Numbered from the stretch's first letter, positions 38,552 to 47,954 are shown. The stretch is 64,000 nt of DNA from a virus (IMGVR_UViG_3300042275_000095:1-64000); one strand, 5' to 3'. Notes: generated by a model from the sequence alone, not told the origin. Numbers and translations: made by a program.

Positions 38552-39922
38552 CTAAGTTATTGTATAAGCTCTATACTTTGCTCTACTTAATGCAGTATAT
38601 AACAAATTGTTTCTAAACTTACTTTGATATTCTTCAACTTGAAAGTCTTTTAAATCTACTATAATATTATCAACAGTTGTACCTTGTAATTTGTGAGTTG
38701 TTAAAGCATATCCATAATCTAATTCTTTTTGTATTGTATCATATACACTTCCATCTGTAGCATATAAATAAATATCATCTAATGTTAAATGAGAATCTTT
38801 AAATGCATAATACTTTATCCAATTTTTACGTCTTTCAGCTTTAGTTGATTGTTTTGCTCTAATGTACGCTTGTTTTAATGCAGGTACAAATCTATTATTA
38901 TAGGTAGGTGAATCTCTATTTACAATATTTACAGTTACTATCTTTTTAGTATCCATATTTTGTAAAGTTGTTAAACATCCATCTATTCCTTTTTCATCTG
39001 TTCTATATACTACATCTATTACAATGTAATCATCACTATTTACAATAGTTGTATTTAGAAAAGAATCTAATAATGTTTTATAACCTGTTAAAACATCACC
39101 TTTAACTAACATTCCATTTGCATTTGGAAACAATCGTGATCTTATTGATAAGTTAGCATCAGCTATGGTATCTCTACGCCAAGCTGTAAATCTAGTATTT
39201 CGTATATCAGTTACATCTATAAAAAACTCATCTAATAATGCAGGTTTCATATGTCTAGTTAAAGTTTGAATACCAGTTTCCATTTCTCGTAAATCAGCTT
39301 TAGCTCTAGATAATAATGCATTATTAATTCTACTACTACCGTTTTTTATATCACTTCTTAACTCTGTTAAAAGCATTAATAATTTATTATTTTTAGATTG
39401 TCTTACAACTTCAGTTAGTTCAAAACTGTCTTGAGTTGCAAATGTTCTAGATATACGATTTTCACCAATTGGTGGTAATTGATATGGATCACCAACATAT
39501 ATTATTTTAACACCTAATTTCTTTGCACGTTCAATAGTTAAAGTATGTATACCATGTGGTATTTGAGATGCTTCATCTATAACTATAAGTTTATAATTAC
39601 CTAATTTTTGTTCACCCATAGGGTCAAATTGCATACTTCCAACTTTAAAATCAGATATATTGAAATTTGGTCTTAATCCATGTAGTGAATGTAATGTTTC
39701 ACCCTTTACTTTAGTTGCTTGTTCTATAACACGTACTGCTTTATGAGTAGGTGCAGCAACTGCTTTAGAATAATGAATACTTTGTAAAAAGTCTTTCATC
39801 ATAAAAGTTTTACCTGTTCCAGCAGGGCCTTTAATTACAGTCCATACTCTATTAGAACTCTCTAAAAACTTTAATAAATGATCTTTACCTTTTTGTTGAC
39901 TAATCGTTAAGCTCATACTCAA
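38552..39922 (-). CDS. SF1B DNA helicase (Dda/RecD-like)
   Basis: GPAGTGKT, APTHKA, IDEAS, GDPYQLPP, LTEVVRQ, YALTTHKLQGTT, YTALSRA. Confidence 0.93.
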   Translation of the reverse strand: MSMSLTISQQKGKDHLLKFLESSNRVWTVIKGPAGTGKTFMMKDFLQSIHYSKAVAAPTHKAVRVIEQATKVKGETLHSLHGLRPNFNISDFKVGSMQFDPMGEQKLGNYKLIVIDEASQIPHGIHTLTIERAKKLGVKIIYVGDPYQLPPIGENRISRTFATQDSFELTEVVRQSKNNKLLMLLTELRSDIKNGSSRINNALLSRAKADLREMETGIQTLTRHMKPALLDEFFIDVTDIRNTRFTAWRRDTIADANLSIRSRLFPNANGMLVKGDVLTGYKTLLDSFLNTTIVNSDDYIVIDVVYRTDEKGIDGCLTTLQNMDTKKIVTVNIVNRDSPTYNNRFVPALKQAYIRAKQSTKAERRKNWIKYYAFKDSHLTLDDIYLYATDGSVYDTIQKELDYGYALTTHKLQGTTVDNIIVDLKDFQVEEYQSKFRNNLLYTALSRAKYRAYTIT

Positions 39923-40154
39923 ACACTGTTATGTTAATATTATTAAATGTACCATCTTCATATTTAATCATAACTAAATATTCAGAATGTAGATGTTTAA
40001 TATTATGTGTACACATTAGTGTAGTTTTTACTACTGTACGTTTGTGATTGTAGTGACTACTTATAATATATTCTATATTATCTTCGTTATCAGTTACATC
40101 TAATAATTCAGGTCTTCTACAATACTTATTGTTAGTTGCTATTAAAATATACAT
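39900..40154 (-). CDS. Hypothetical protein
   Basis: 84-aa ORF in a packed operon. Confidence 0.65.
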   Translation of the reverse strand: MYILIATNNKYCRRPELLDVTDNEDNIEYIISSHYNHKRTVVKTTLMCTHNIKHLHSEYLVMIKYEDGTFNNINITVFEYELND

Positions 40155-40155
40155 A

Positions 40156-40482
40156 TTATTTTACGTTTTGTTCATGACCATCTATTAAGTTTTTACCTAC
40201 TGATGGTTCTACATCTACCATAGGCATATCAACAACCTCTTTAACAGTCTCTTCAACTATCTCTGTAATACCCTCGATAGTATTATTATTTATATATAGT
40301 ATAGGTGTTTTATCATATTCACCTGTTACTAATAATAAACTATCGTTACTTGTAGATCTAAATACTTCTACACTTTCTACTCTATAGGAAATGGATAGGT
40401 CTATAGTAGTACCCGTAGGAATATAGATAAAGTCCTTATACTTTATTGCCTCCACTATTTCAAAATCTAATTGTTTATGCAT
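40156..40482 (-). CDS. Hypothetical protein
   Basis: 108-aa ORF. Confidence 0.7.
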   Translation of the reverse strand: MHKQLDFEIVEAIKYKDFIYIPTGTTIDLSISYRVESVEVFRSTSNDSLLLVTGEYDKTPILYINNNTIEGITEIVEETVKEVVDMPMVDVEPSVGKNLIDGHEQNVK

Positions 40483-40498
40483 ATTTACCTCCCTGTTT

Positions 40499-40828
40499 TT
40501 ATTGATATGTTGCTTTAGTTAATCTATATTGATATTTAGTAAATGATGGTAACTCTAATGTATTAAACAATTCATACTCATATTCCTTTAATGGTGGAAT
40601 ATCAAATACTTTACTATCTTGTGTAATAGATATATTTCTATTGTCAGTTGCTGCTAATCTCATTATACATTCCAATGTATCTTTAGATAGTATATAGCAT
40701 GTTGAGAATGAACGGTCAGAGTGAATAAAGGCTATATCCAAATAGATATCTGAAATCCATACGCTAAGACCATTACCAAAATGTGCACTTACAATCTTAT
40801 TCGGTGGTACATGTAATTCTTTATTCAT
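40499..40828 (-). CDS. Hypothetical protein
   Basis: 109-aa ORF. Confidence 0.7.
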   Translation of the reverse strand: MNKELHVPPNKIVSAHFGNGLSVWISDIYLDIAFIHSDRSFSTCYILSKDTLECIMRLAATDNRNISITQDSKVFDIPPLKEYEYELFNTLELPSFTKYQYRLTKATYQ

Positions 40829-41168
40829 TTGTCAAATCTATTATGTGATAATGCTTTAATGCATTAATGAAATTAGGTAAGTTACTTCTAGTAACATTAT
40901 CTATTAACTTACCATCTAACCACCATTGTATAAGGTATTTTCTACTGAACCAACTCTTAGCTTTAGCATATGGTTTAGCTTTATTCTCAATAGGAGAACT
41001 AATATATATTATTATAGTAAATGGTGTAAACTTCTTTATTACAAAATGACAATGTCTAAAAGGATGGGTTCTAGGACATTGGCTATCACCTATATCATAA
41101 GTGTTACTTATATACTTTAAATGATTAACTGTATCAATCAATCTATAATGTTTTGGCTTCCTTTTCAT
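40821..41168 (-). CDS. Hypothetical protein
   Basis: 115-aa ORF. Confidence 0.7.
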   Translation of the reverse strand: MKRKPKHYRLIDTVNHLKYISNTYDIGDSQCPRTHPFRHCHFVIKKFTPFTIIIYISSPIENKAKPYAKAKSWFSRKYLIQWWLDGKLIDNVTRSNLPNFINALKHYHIIDLTNE

Positions 41169-41174
41169 AACATC

Positions 41175-41690
41175 TTATAATAGTTTTAAATATTCAATTA
41201 ATGTATCTTCACCAATTATATTAACTGCTTCCATCATTGCATCCTTAGATTTAAAATAAACAGTTAAATTTTTTGTTACAGTATGTGTATTATATCTTAA
41301 TATAGGAGACCCATGGTTATAATACAAATAAAATATCCAACCCGTATTACCTATTTCAGCATGCCAGTCATTACCATTAACGAATCTTGCAACATTTATT
41401 AATATAGTATATATAGCAACTTTATTAATATCGGTTTGTTTAGTAGTGATAGCTTTTATTGAATCATTACTAATATTTATACGTAAAGGATTCATAGCCT
41501 TACATACAAATCTACCATCACTCTCTATATAATAACCAAAATCATTATTATCTGCAATTAAAACTTTAATTACATCATGTAATGTAGAAATAGGTTGATT
41601 AATTACTATTTTACCTTCTTTAAGGTTAGACTCTTTTTCATTAATTTGTTCACCTTTTTCAAGGTGTACTGTATGAGTTCTAGTTTTCAT
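41175..41690 (-). CDS. Hypothetical protein, paralog of 48458-48955
   Basis: Shared L.NVA..(V/L)NG.W and V.FKS...A...IG motifs. Confidence 0.75.
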   Translation of the reverse strand: MKTRTHTVHLEKGEQINEKESNLKEGKIVINQPISTLHDVIKVLIADNNDFGYYIESDGRFVCKAMNPLRINISNDSIKAITTKQTDINKVAIYTILINVARFVNGNDWHAEIGNTGWIFYLYYNHGSPILRYNTHTVTKNLTVYFKSKDAMMEAVNIIGEDTLIEYLKLL

Positions 41691-41692
41691 AG

Positions 41693-41888
41693 TTATTGTT
41701 GTATTGAGATATGTAATTGATTTTTTACTTCTGAATGTCTATCTTTAACAGATTCGTATATTTTGGTAGCTGTATCAATATCACCACATACCATATGAAA
41801 TGGCATATCGAAACAATACCACTACTGTTCTAACTACATCTGGTAATTCTTTGTACCAATCTGTAAATTTATAATCAAATTCTGTCAT
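41693..41888 (-). pseudogene. Small gene interrupted by a single-base frameshift
   Basis: ATG 41888 stops after 35 codons (TGA 41783-41781). A shifted frame (WYCFDMPFH...ISIQQ*) runs to TAA 41693. The span is 3n+1. Confidence 0.5.
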
Positions 41889-42460
41889 ATTTTATACATT
41901 GTTTTATATACGTATACGTAATATACTTGGTCAGTAATTATTTTTATGCTAGTTTGCATATTTGGTATATCTACATGACTGTAGTCAGCTATGAAAATAG
42001 CATTAAGTCCATACTTACCAATTAGAATGTCAACTAAATTACTTAAATTATTAGTAACTGCAATAGGCTCAACTACATTAGCTATAGTATCCTCTTGGTT
42101 TATTACATATAATTCACTTGGTTTTAGATAATGTTCTAATTTATTAAGCTCATTGATGAACTTTAACTTATGATTCAATACTGTACGATATGACATGCTT
42201 GCAAGTCTCCATAGACATGTACTAGAATGAGTTATATACCCCATCAAGTGTATATAATCATCATCTGTAAGGTCTTCAATAGGTTTACTAATAATAGTTT
42301 TACCTTTTTTAGAACAATGAGGACACGTTAATATAACATAGGTTTTATGCTCATTATCCTCTTTTATTATAGGTCTTGCTGATAATATACCTTCAGTTAA
42401 TTCTTCAACTAACTGAACCATATCAATAACTGGTAACTTTATACTTGCTATATTTCCCAT
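41885..42460 (-). CDS. Hypothetical protein with a possible Zn ribbon
   Basis: CPHC...H...C. Confidence 0.7.
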   Translation of the reverse strand: MGNIASIKLPVIDMVQLVEELTEGILSARPIIKEDNEHKTYVILTCPHCSKKGKTIISKPIEDLTDDDYIHLMGYITHSSTCLWRLASMSYRTVLNHKLKFINELNKLEHYLKPSELYVINQEDTIANVVEPIAVTNNLSNLVDILIGKYGLNAIFIADYSHVDIPNMQTSIKIITDQVYYVYVYKTMYKI

Positions 42461-42483
42461 AACATTTAATTGTTTAATTGTAT

Positions 42484-42580
42484 AAAATGACCCTCTACAT
42501 GGCTATATACCTCTGCCTCCGAAAGATTGTACTACTTAGCCCTACTCACTAGCATACGGGTTCCATGTTTCAGGTCATTT
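42484..42580 (-). ncRNA. Putative structured intergenic RNA
   Basis: Closing stem AAATGACC/GGTCATTT, nested ACATGG/CCATGT, GC-rich interior, U-tract at the minus-strand 3' end. Confidence 0.45.
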
Positions 42581-42584
42581 ATAT

Positions 42585-43052
42585 TTACTCAGTCGTATGT
42601 TCTTCGTTTATTTCCTTATATTTATTGTCATAGTGAACATTATTAAATTCATCTCTTGTTGGTATTTGTGAATCACTTAGAATACGAGTGCGATAGTTAG
42701 TATTTCTTACTAATCCTAATGCCACATTTTTTGTAAAAGCGGTTTTATCTTTCTCAACTTCAAGTTTATACTCTAACGTAGCTATTTTCAAATCACGTTC
42801 TCTTTTGTCACAATCTCTTTCTCGTACTTCTAATTTTGCATTTCTATCGTCAAAATTTCTATAATGACTAAGTTTATTATTAGCAGTTTCTAATCGTGTG
42901 GTTAACTTACTTATTTCTTCTTTCTGCTCTATTATAGTCTTAGCGTCTCTTTCACCTTGTTCTAATACTTTCTTTAAAGTATCTCCAACTTGTGCAGGTA
43001 AATGCTTTTTAATTAATTGTTCAATTTCGTTTGTCATAATTTCTTTCTCCAT
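42585..43052 (-). CDS. Coiled-coil hypothetical protein
   Basis: 155-aa ORF. Confidence 0.75.
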   Translation of the reverse strand: MEKEIMTNEIEQLIKKHLPAQVGDTLKKVLEQGERDAKTIIEQKEEISKLTTRLETANNKLSHYRNFDDRNAKLEVRERDCDKRERDLKIATLEYKLEVEKDKTAFTKNVALGLVRNTNYRTRILSDSQIPTRDEFNNVHYDNKYKEINEEHTTE

Positions 43053-43072
43053 GATTTATTTGTGTTATATAA

Positions 43073-43414
43073 TTAATATCCACTTACAGGTAAATCTTGA
43101 TTCTGTATATATGTTCTATGTTCCCATTCATCTTCATCTGGATTAGTTAATGAATGATAATATTGCTTTAATTCTTCGCCTATAGCATCTAACTTAGTAG
43201 CACTTTCATTATCAGTTGTACCAGTCTGTCTACGTATTGTATCATTAACGCATACTTTACCTAACATACCTCCACCTAAATAGTTTTGATATGCAGCCAT
43301 CTTTTGACCCTCAAAACCAAATGGTGTAAGGTCTATCTCTATTCCACCACCTCTACTACTTACTTCAATTCTTAATATTGTAGTTTCTACTCCTTGTAAT
43401 GTAATTGTTTCCAT
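43073..43414 (-). CDS. Hypothetical protein
   Basis: 113-aa ORF with a Gly-rich YQNYLGGGMLG motif. Confidence 0.75.
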   Translation of the reverse strand: METITLQGVETTILRIEVSSRGGGIEIDLTPFGFEGQKMAAYQNYLGGGMLGKVCVNDTIRRQTGTTDNESATKLDAIGEELKQYYHSLTNPDEDEWEHRTYIQNQDLPVSGY

Positions 43415-43495
43415 GTTATTTGATAGTTAGTTAATAGTTAGTTAATCTAGTTGCAATTTCTTTCATTACGTATCCACATACATTACCCATAACCG

Positions 43496-43730
43496 CTAAA
43501 ACTCCGCTGGTCTATCAAAAGGCATCATTGGAGGATTATCATTAAGCATTTCGAGATAATGTTCGTAAAGTATTGCGTCCTCACATCTACAACAGCCACA
43601 ATTGGCAATTGCCTTTAGTGCTTTGTCTGCTATTTCTTGGTAAAAATTAGCATCCTGTGTTATTTGTATTGCCATATATCCATCAAGTTTTGTACCGTTC
43701 TTTTCCGCTTTTTGCTATTTGTTTATTCAT
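43496..43730 (-). pseudogene. Frameshifted small gene, or a 59-aa Cys-rich ORF from ATG 43675
   Basis: ATG 43730 frame stops after 15 codons. A one-base shift at the A5 run gives KAEKNGTKLDGYMAIQ...NCGCCRC...PAEF*. Confidence 0.45.
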
Positions 43731-43763
43731 AAGAAAGTAAATAATAAATACTTCAATTTACTT

Positions 43764-44306
43764 TCATTTAATATTACTAATGTAATTATCAAACCTTTCT
43801 TTATTAGTTGTTTCATCAAAGCTAATATGTGAGAGTTGATGATACTCTAAAAAGTCTTGTTCTGTAGCAGGTTGTAAATCATCTATCCACAATTTATTAA
43901 CTCCAAAACCTAGTAGTTTACTATATTGCATGTTTGTAGTTAATGTAGCACCTCTCATAGGACTATCTGCCAATACATACATATCAATATATCGCCCATC
44001 GTACAATTCTTTTTCAGGTCTGATATAGCCAAAATAGCAATTATCATATACCACATATAATACTTCGTCTTTATGTACCATATTGTAATCTATTTCAACA
44101 TATAACTTATATAGATAATCATGTATTTGATGTAAATGACCAGATGTATTTACACCATCCTTAAATAACTTATTCCTATTAAAATAGTAAGGCATATTAT
44201 CGTATTTAGTACCTTTTATGATATATCCAATATACTGATTATCAAAATATACCATAACATGTGGTAATTCTTTATCGTTACCTTTATTACGTTTTAATTC
44301 TATCAT
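43764..44306 (-). CDS. Hypothetical protein
   Basis: 180 aa with an internally repeated V(Y)FDN/YDN..(I/F)GYI motif. Confidence 0.75.
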   Translation of the reverse strand: MIELKRNKGNDKELPHVMVYFDNQYIGYIIKGTKYDNMPYYFNRNKLFKDGVNTSGHLHQIHDYLYKLYVEIDYNMVHKDEVLYVVYDNCYFGYIRPEKELYDGRYIDMYVLADSPMRGATLTTNMQYSKLLGFGVNKLWIDDLQPATEQDFLEYHQLSHISFDETTNKERFDNYISNIK

Positions 44307-44524
44307 TTGTTAATCTCCTCTATTTTTGATTTATATTCTAATGGTTTAAAATATGCATATGGTGATAAGTTCATAATACATAATAAACATGTATAACTTC
44401 CATTTTCATTATCATAATCATTACCATTATCATACATACATCTAATACATCCTACAAAGTTAATATTAGGTTCTGTTTCAACAACTATTAAATGATTATC
44501 TAACTCTTTTAATATCTTTTCCAT
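44303..44524 (-). CDS. Small Cys-containing hypothetical protein
   Basis: GCIRC...CLLC. Confidence 0.7.
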   Translation of the reverse strand: MEKILKELDNHLIVVETEPNINFVGCIRCMYDNGNDYDNENGSYTCLLCIMNLSPYAYFKPLEYKSKIEEINK

Positions 44525-44529
44525 ATGTT

Positions 44530-44961
44530 TTATATTAATAACCTAAGTAACATTCCTACAACTAATCCAATTGTTACACTTACACGTATTATACCCCTAC
44601 GTTTGACTGAATTACAAAATATGATTGCATTACTAGTATTACCTGTTAAACTTATTATTTTTTTAAGTACATCTAATCTATACTTATGAGGTGCAAATAC
44701 TAATATTAAAGTATTTATTGTAATAAATAGCTCACTTAATCTTACTAATCCAAGTAAAATAAGAAACATGTTAAATCTAGTACTAAATTTCATATATAAG
44801 TGAGCTTCACGTAATTTATTATATACTTTATTATCAGTAATTGCAAGGTCATATACACTTTTATGTGTTTTATCATTTGATTTATTTAATGCATCTAATA
44901 CTTCATTAAAGTTTTTCATAGCAATGGTTATTAAATTAGTGAATAATCGGTAATTCCCCAT
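44530..44961 (-). CDS. Membrane hypothetical protein
   Basis: Two hydrophobic segments. The start may be the internal Met at 44919. Confidence 0.65.
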   Translation of the reverse strand: MGNYRLFTNLITIAMKNFNEVLDALNKSNDKTHKSVYDLAITDNKVYNKLREAHLYMKFSTRFNMFLILLGLVRLSELFITINTLILVFAPHKYRLDVLKKIISLTGNTSNAIIFCNSVKRRGIIRVSVTIGLVVGMLLRLLI

Positions 44962-44979
44962 ACGGGAAAAGAGAAGCCA
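44956..44979 (+). repeat. Dispersed 24-bp motif, copy 5
   Basis: CCCC ATAC GG GAAAAGA GAAGCCA. Confidence 0.75.
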
Positions 44980-45000
44980 TTTTCATTACAAACTAACTAG

Positions 45001-45426
45001 CTACCATTCTAAATCATCATTTAAACTTTTAAATGGTTCTTCTGTTAACATATAAGCTATCTTATTAAATACTTCTATAATATCGTTGTCAGTTGGGATG
45101 ATATGAGGTTTCTCATATTTATAAGATGCTATTATACCTGTATCAACATCATTACCATTTAATAACAATTCTCTTGGTGATTCGTGATCTAGTTTAATTT
45201 TAGAAATATATATACCTTTTAATGTGTAATATATAAATATTCCAAATTTAATAGTTAAATAACTATTTATTATAGTTAGTTGTAAGTAAGCAGGTATACT
45301 TTTAAATTTATCATATGATATAGTTATACCTGTTCTATTATAATACTTTTTAAAACTTGTTTCACTTACAATGTATATAAATCTACTTATAAATTTCATA
45401 ACTAATTGAAGATTTAAAGGTTTCAA
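45001..45426 (-). CDS. Hypothetical protein
   Basis: 141-aa ORF with a TTG start. Confidence 0.65.
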   Translation of the reverse strand: MKPLNLQLVMKFISRFIYIVSETSFKKYYNRTGITISYDKFKSIPAYLQLTIINSYLTIKFGIFIYYTLKGIYISKIKLDHESPRELLLNGNDVDTGIIASYKYEKPHIIPTDNDIIEVFNKIAYMLTEEPFKSLNDDLEW

Positions 45427-45539
45427 TTTTATAATCTAATTGATTAATTTTAAACTGTAAATATAAAATGTACCATAAGAATAATGTAAATAAAATCATA
45501 CTTATTATTACAACTCTCATGGTACATTTCTTCTTAGAA

Positions 45540-45872
45540 TTAATCATCATTTTCTATTAATTGTTTATTAGTAATAGCTAAATTGTTAATTTTATCAATA
45601 TTAGCTTTAATTTTCATACCCTCTTTAAAAGGTGACCAATAAATAGCAACACTATACGGCTTAGATGAACCGCTGAATGATTTTTCAGTCCAAGGTGGCC
45701 ATTTGTTATTTTTAGGTAAACTATAAAGTTTATTATATGCATTTATTGTATCAATGTACACAATGTTATAAAATTTATCTTTTACCTTCAATTGCAAACG
45801 TTCCAACTCCTTATTGTAAACAACTTTTCCTTTTACAGGAATGCTTACATCTTTAATCGGTATTGTTTTCAT
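45540..45872 (-). CDS. Hypothetical protein
   Basis: 110-aa ORF. Confidence 0.7.
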   Translation of the reverse strand: MKTIPIKDVSIPVKGKVVYNKELERLQLKVKDKFYNIVYIDTINAYNKLYSLPKNNKWPPWTEKSFSGSSKPYSVAIYWSPFKEGMKIKANIDKINNLAITNKQLIENDD

Positions 45873-46401
45873 TGTTTGAAGTTATGTTAAAGATTGAACA
45901 GGTTGGAGAACGACCTATTATTAATAATTCTCGTTTAGACACTACTACTTCATCTCCATCAGGTAGTGTTATTTCAACTGCTCCAGGTTGTGCAGTTACT
46001 CTAATGTTAGTAACAATACCCCAATTGTATTTCATATCCCACCCTTTTACATGGGCAGAATCTTGTACCATAACTAAGTCATTAAGTCTTAACTTATTAG
46101 GTATTACATTTGGTTTACCGTATATTATATCACCATCTTTATATTTGTTTTGTACTTTGTATTGCAATCTTCCAAGTATTTTAGTCATACCTGTAATGTC
46201 ATTAATAATTGCAAATTGAGCTAATGGTATAAATTGATTTCTATTATACTTTTTACCATCTGACATTAGATACTTATTTTCATCTCTAATGTACTTTATG
46301 ATAGTTAGTCGTTTATCACTATCAAAAGGTAACATTATAGCAGGATTGCTAAATATTATTTCTTCTACTGGCAGTGTTGTAACTATTGCACGTGTTTCCA
46401 T
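45853..46401 (-). CDS. Hypothetical protein (C-terminal SH3/KOW-like beta domain possible)
   Basis: 182-aa ORF; LRLNDLVMV...WGIVTNI. Confidence 0.7.
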   Translation of the reverse strand: METRAIVTTLPVEEIIFSNPAIMLPFDSDKRLTIIKYIRDENKYLMSDGKKYNRNQFIPLAQFAIINDITGMTKILGRLQYKVQNKYKDGDIIYGKPNVIPNKLRLNDLVMVQDSAHVKGWDMKYNWGIVTNIRVTAQPGAVEITLPDGDEVVVSKRELLIIGRSPTCSIFNITSNNENNTD

Positions 46402-46436
46402 AGTTATATTATTTGGTTAAACTTTAATGTTTATTA

Positions 46437-46925
46437 TCAATTTTGTAAATATATACCATCAATATCATTTAATAATGAATTAATTAATTCATCGCCTTTA
46501 TCTATTATTTTAATTTTATTAGTTTTTCCATTTTTTACTATAGCTTTATTTAATGTTATAGGGTCATAGTCTAATTTAACTAATATGAATTTAAGTGGAT
46601 CAGTTTTATCATTTATAAAATTTTCATCTATGACTAATAATCCTAAATTCTCATTTAGAATTGAACTAGTTGAATAGACAGATACTATATTTTCTAATAG
46701 ATATAAGTAATTTGTAATATTATAACTCTTATGATGTATATCATGAGAATTATCAGTTACTTTATTCATTATATTATTAAATATATCTACTTGTAATTTA
46801 TCAGTTCTTATACCTACTAGTAATTTAAAACGTATTACATCTATACATATCCAAAGATTATCTTCTAATTCTTCAATTAGTAAAAACGGTACGTTTGCAA
46901 TTTCGGTGAACATTCCTTGTTTCAT
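46437..46925 (-). CDS. Hypothetical protein
   Basis: 162-aa ORF. Confidence 0.7.
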   Translation of the reverse strand: MKQGMFTEIANVPFLLIEELEDNLWICIDVIRFKLLVGIRTDKLQVDIFNNIMNKVTDNSHDIHHKSYNITNYLYLLENIVSVYSTSSILNENLGLLVIDENFINDKTDPLKFILVKLDYDPITLNKAIVKNGKTNKIKIIDKGDELINSLLNDIDGIYLQN

Positions 46926-46956
46926 AGCTTTTTATGTTAAATTAATAAATCCATTT

Positions 46957-47484
46957 AAAATAGGGCTGAATCCACTATTACTAGTTTCATCAGCCCTTGT
47001 TATCCCAACCACGGAAACTCTTAAAAAGGGCTAAATTAATAGCCCTATTGATAGCTTTTACTTAAATGTAAATTAGACACTATGTTAATTTGATACGGTT
47101 AATAAATAGATTTTTGTTTGATTAATTATCCAATCTGTAATAATTAATTTGTAGTACGGTAAGAACGTATAATTGTAGTCTATTATTGTAGCTATCTAAT
47201 GTCTTAAAAAGGAGTATTCTCACATGTGGAAAAGTTAACAAAACATAAAAGTTAAAACACTAACCAAAATGAGAGAAGACGGTGTTATATCAGGAAGGAT
47301 ATGTGAGAATTACTCCAATAGTTTACAAGTTATTTAATATATTTAATAACTTCAATTTAATGAATAATTAAATACATTATATAATGTATAATAAATTTAA
47401 AATTAGTATGACAATAAGCAGGTAGGATGTTGAAACTAAAATGACCAAAACCAAAGTGCTATCGGTAGGATATCATACTAATTT
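46957..47484 (-). ncRNA. Cluster of stem-closed putative small RNAs/terminators
   Basis: Stems: AGGGCTGA/TCAGCCCT (46962-46997), AGGGCTA/TAGCCCT (47027-47046), 47075/47204, GGAGTATTCTCACAT/ATGTGAGAATTACTCC (47211-47316), AAATTAGTATGA/TCATACTAATTT (47400-47484). Confidence 0.5.
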
Positions 47485-47498
47485 ATTAGCTGTAGTTG

Positions 47499-47936
47499 TT
47501 AGTTGTTAAATGTTGAGTAAAACATTTTAGTTAAAAAGATTATCAAATCGTTACTTCTATTAGATAAATTGTATTTCATATGAAATGTAATTTCATTAGA
47601 TTCGGTTAATTCATCTAATTTATTTATAAAGTTTGATAATTCACTGTAGAGTTTAGTAATATCATTATATTCCTTAGTGTCTAATCTGTATTCGACAATG
47701 AAATTACCATGATATACTACATCAGTAACTTTAGCTAATTCTTTGTATAGTTTCTTATTTTGATTAATAAGTTCTTTTTCATTAGCTAAAGTTATCTTAT
47801 TCTCGTTGCCATGTAGAATGTTTAAACGAACTGTTAATACATCAGTATAATAAAATATTGAAATATCAACTTTTATAATATCATTCTTATTTGGCATATC
47901 ATTGAATAGGTCTAAAGACCCTGAAGTGTTTGCCAT
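47499..47936 (-). CDS. Hypothetical protein
   Basis: 145-aa ORF whose ATG lies inside motif copy 6. Confidence 0.7.
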   Translation of the reverse strand: MANTSGSLDLFNDMPNKNDIIKVDISIFYYTDVLTVRLNILHGNENKITLANEKELINQNKKLYKELAKVTDVVYHGNFIVEYRLDTKEYNDITKLYSELSNFINKLDELTESNEITFHMKYNLSNRSNDLIIFLTKMFYSTFNN

Positions 47937-47954
47937 CTTTCTTTCCTTTAGGGG
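47931..47954 (-). repeat. Dispersed 24-bp motif, copy 6
   Basis: CCCC TAAA GG AAAGAAA GATGGCA. Confidence 0.8.

Noticed and set aside
46962-46997. Hammerhead ribozyme (CUGAUGA on the minus strand)
   Set aside because: No GAAA core after a stem II; the CUGA is part of a simple terminator-like hairpin.
46926-47498. CRISPR or mini-CRISPR array
   Set aside because: No identical direct repeats with regular spacers; each unit has its own inverted stem.
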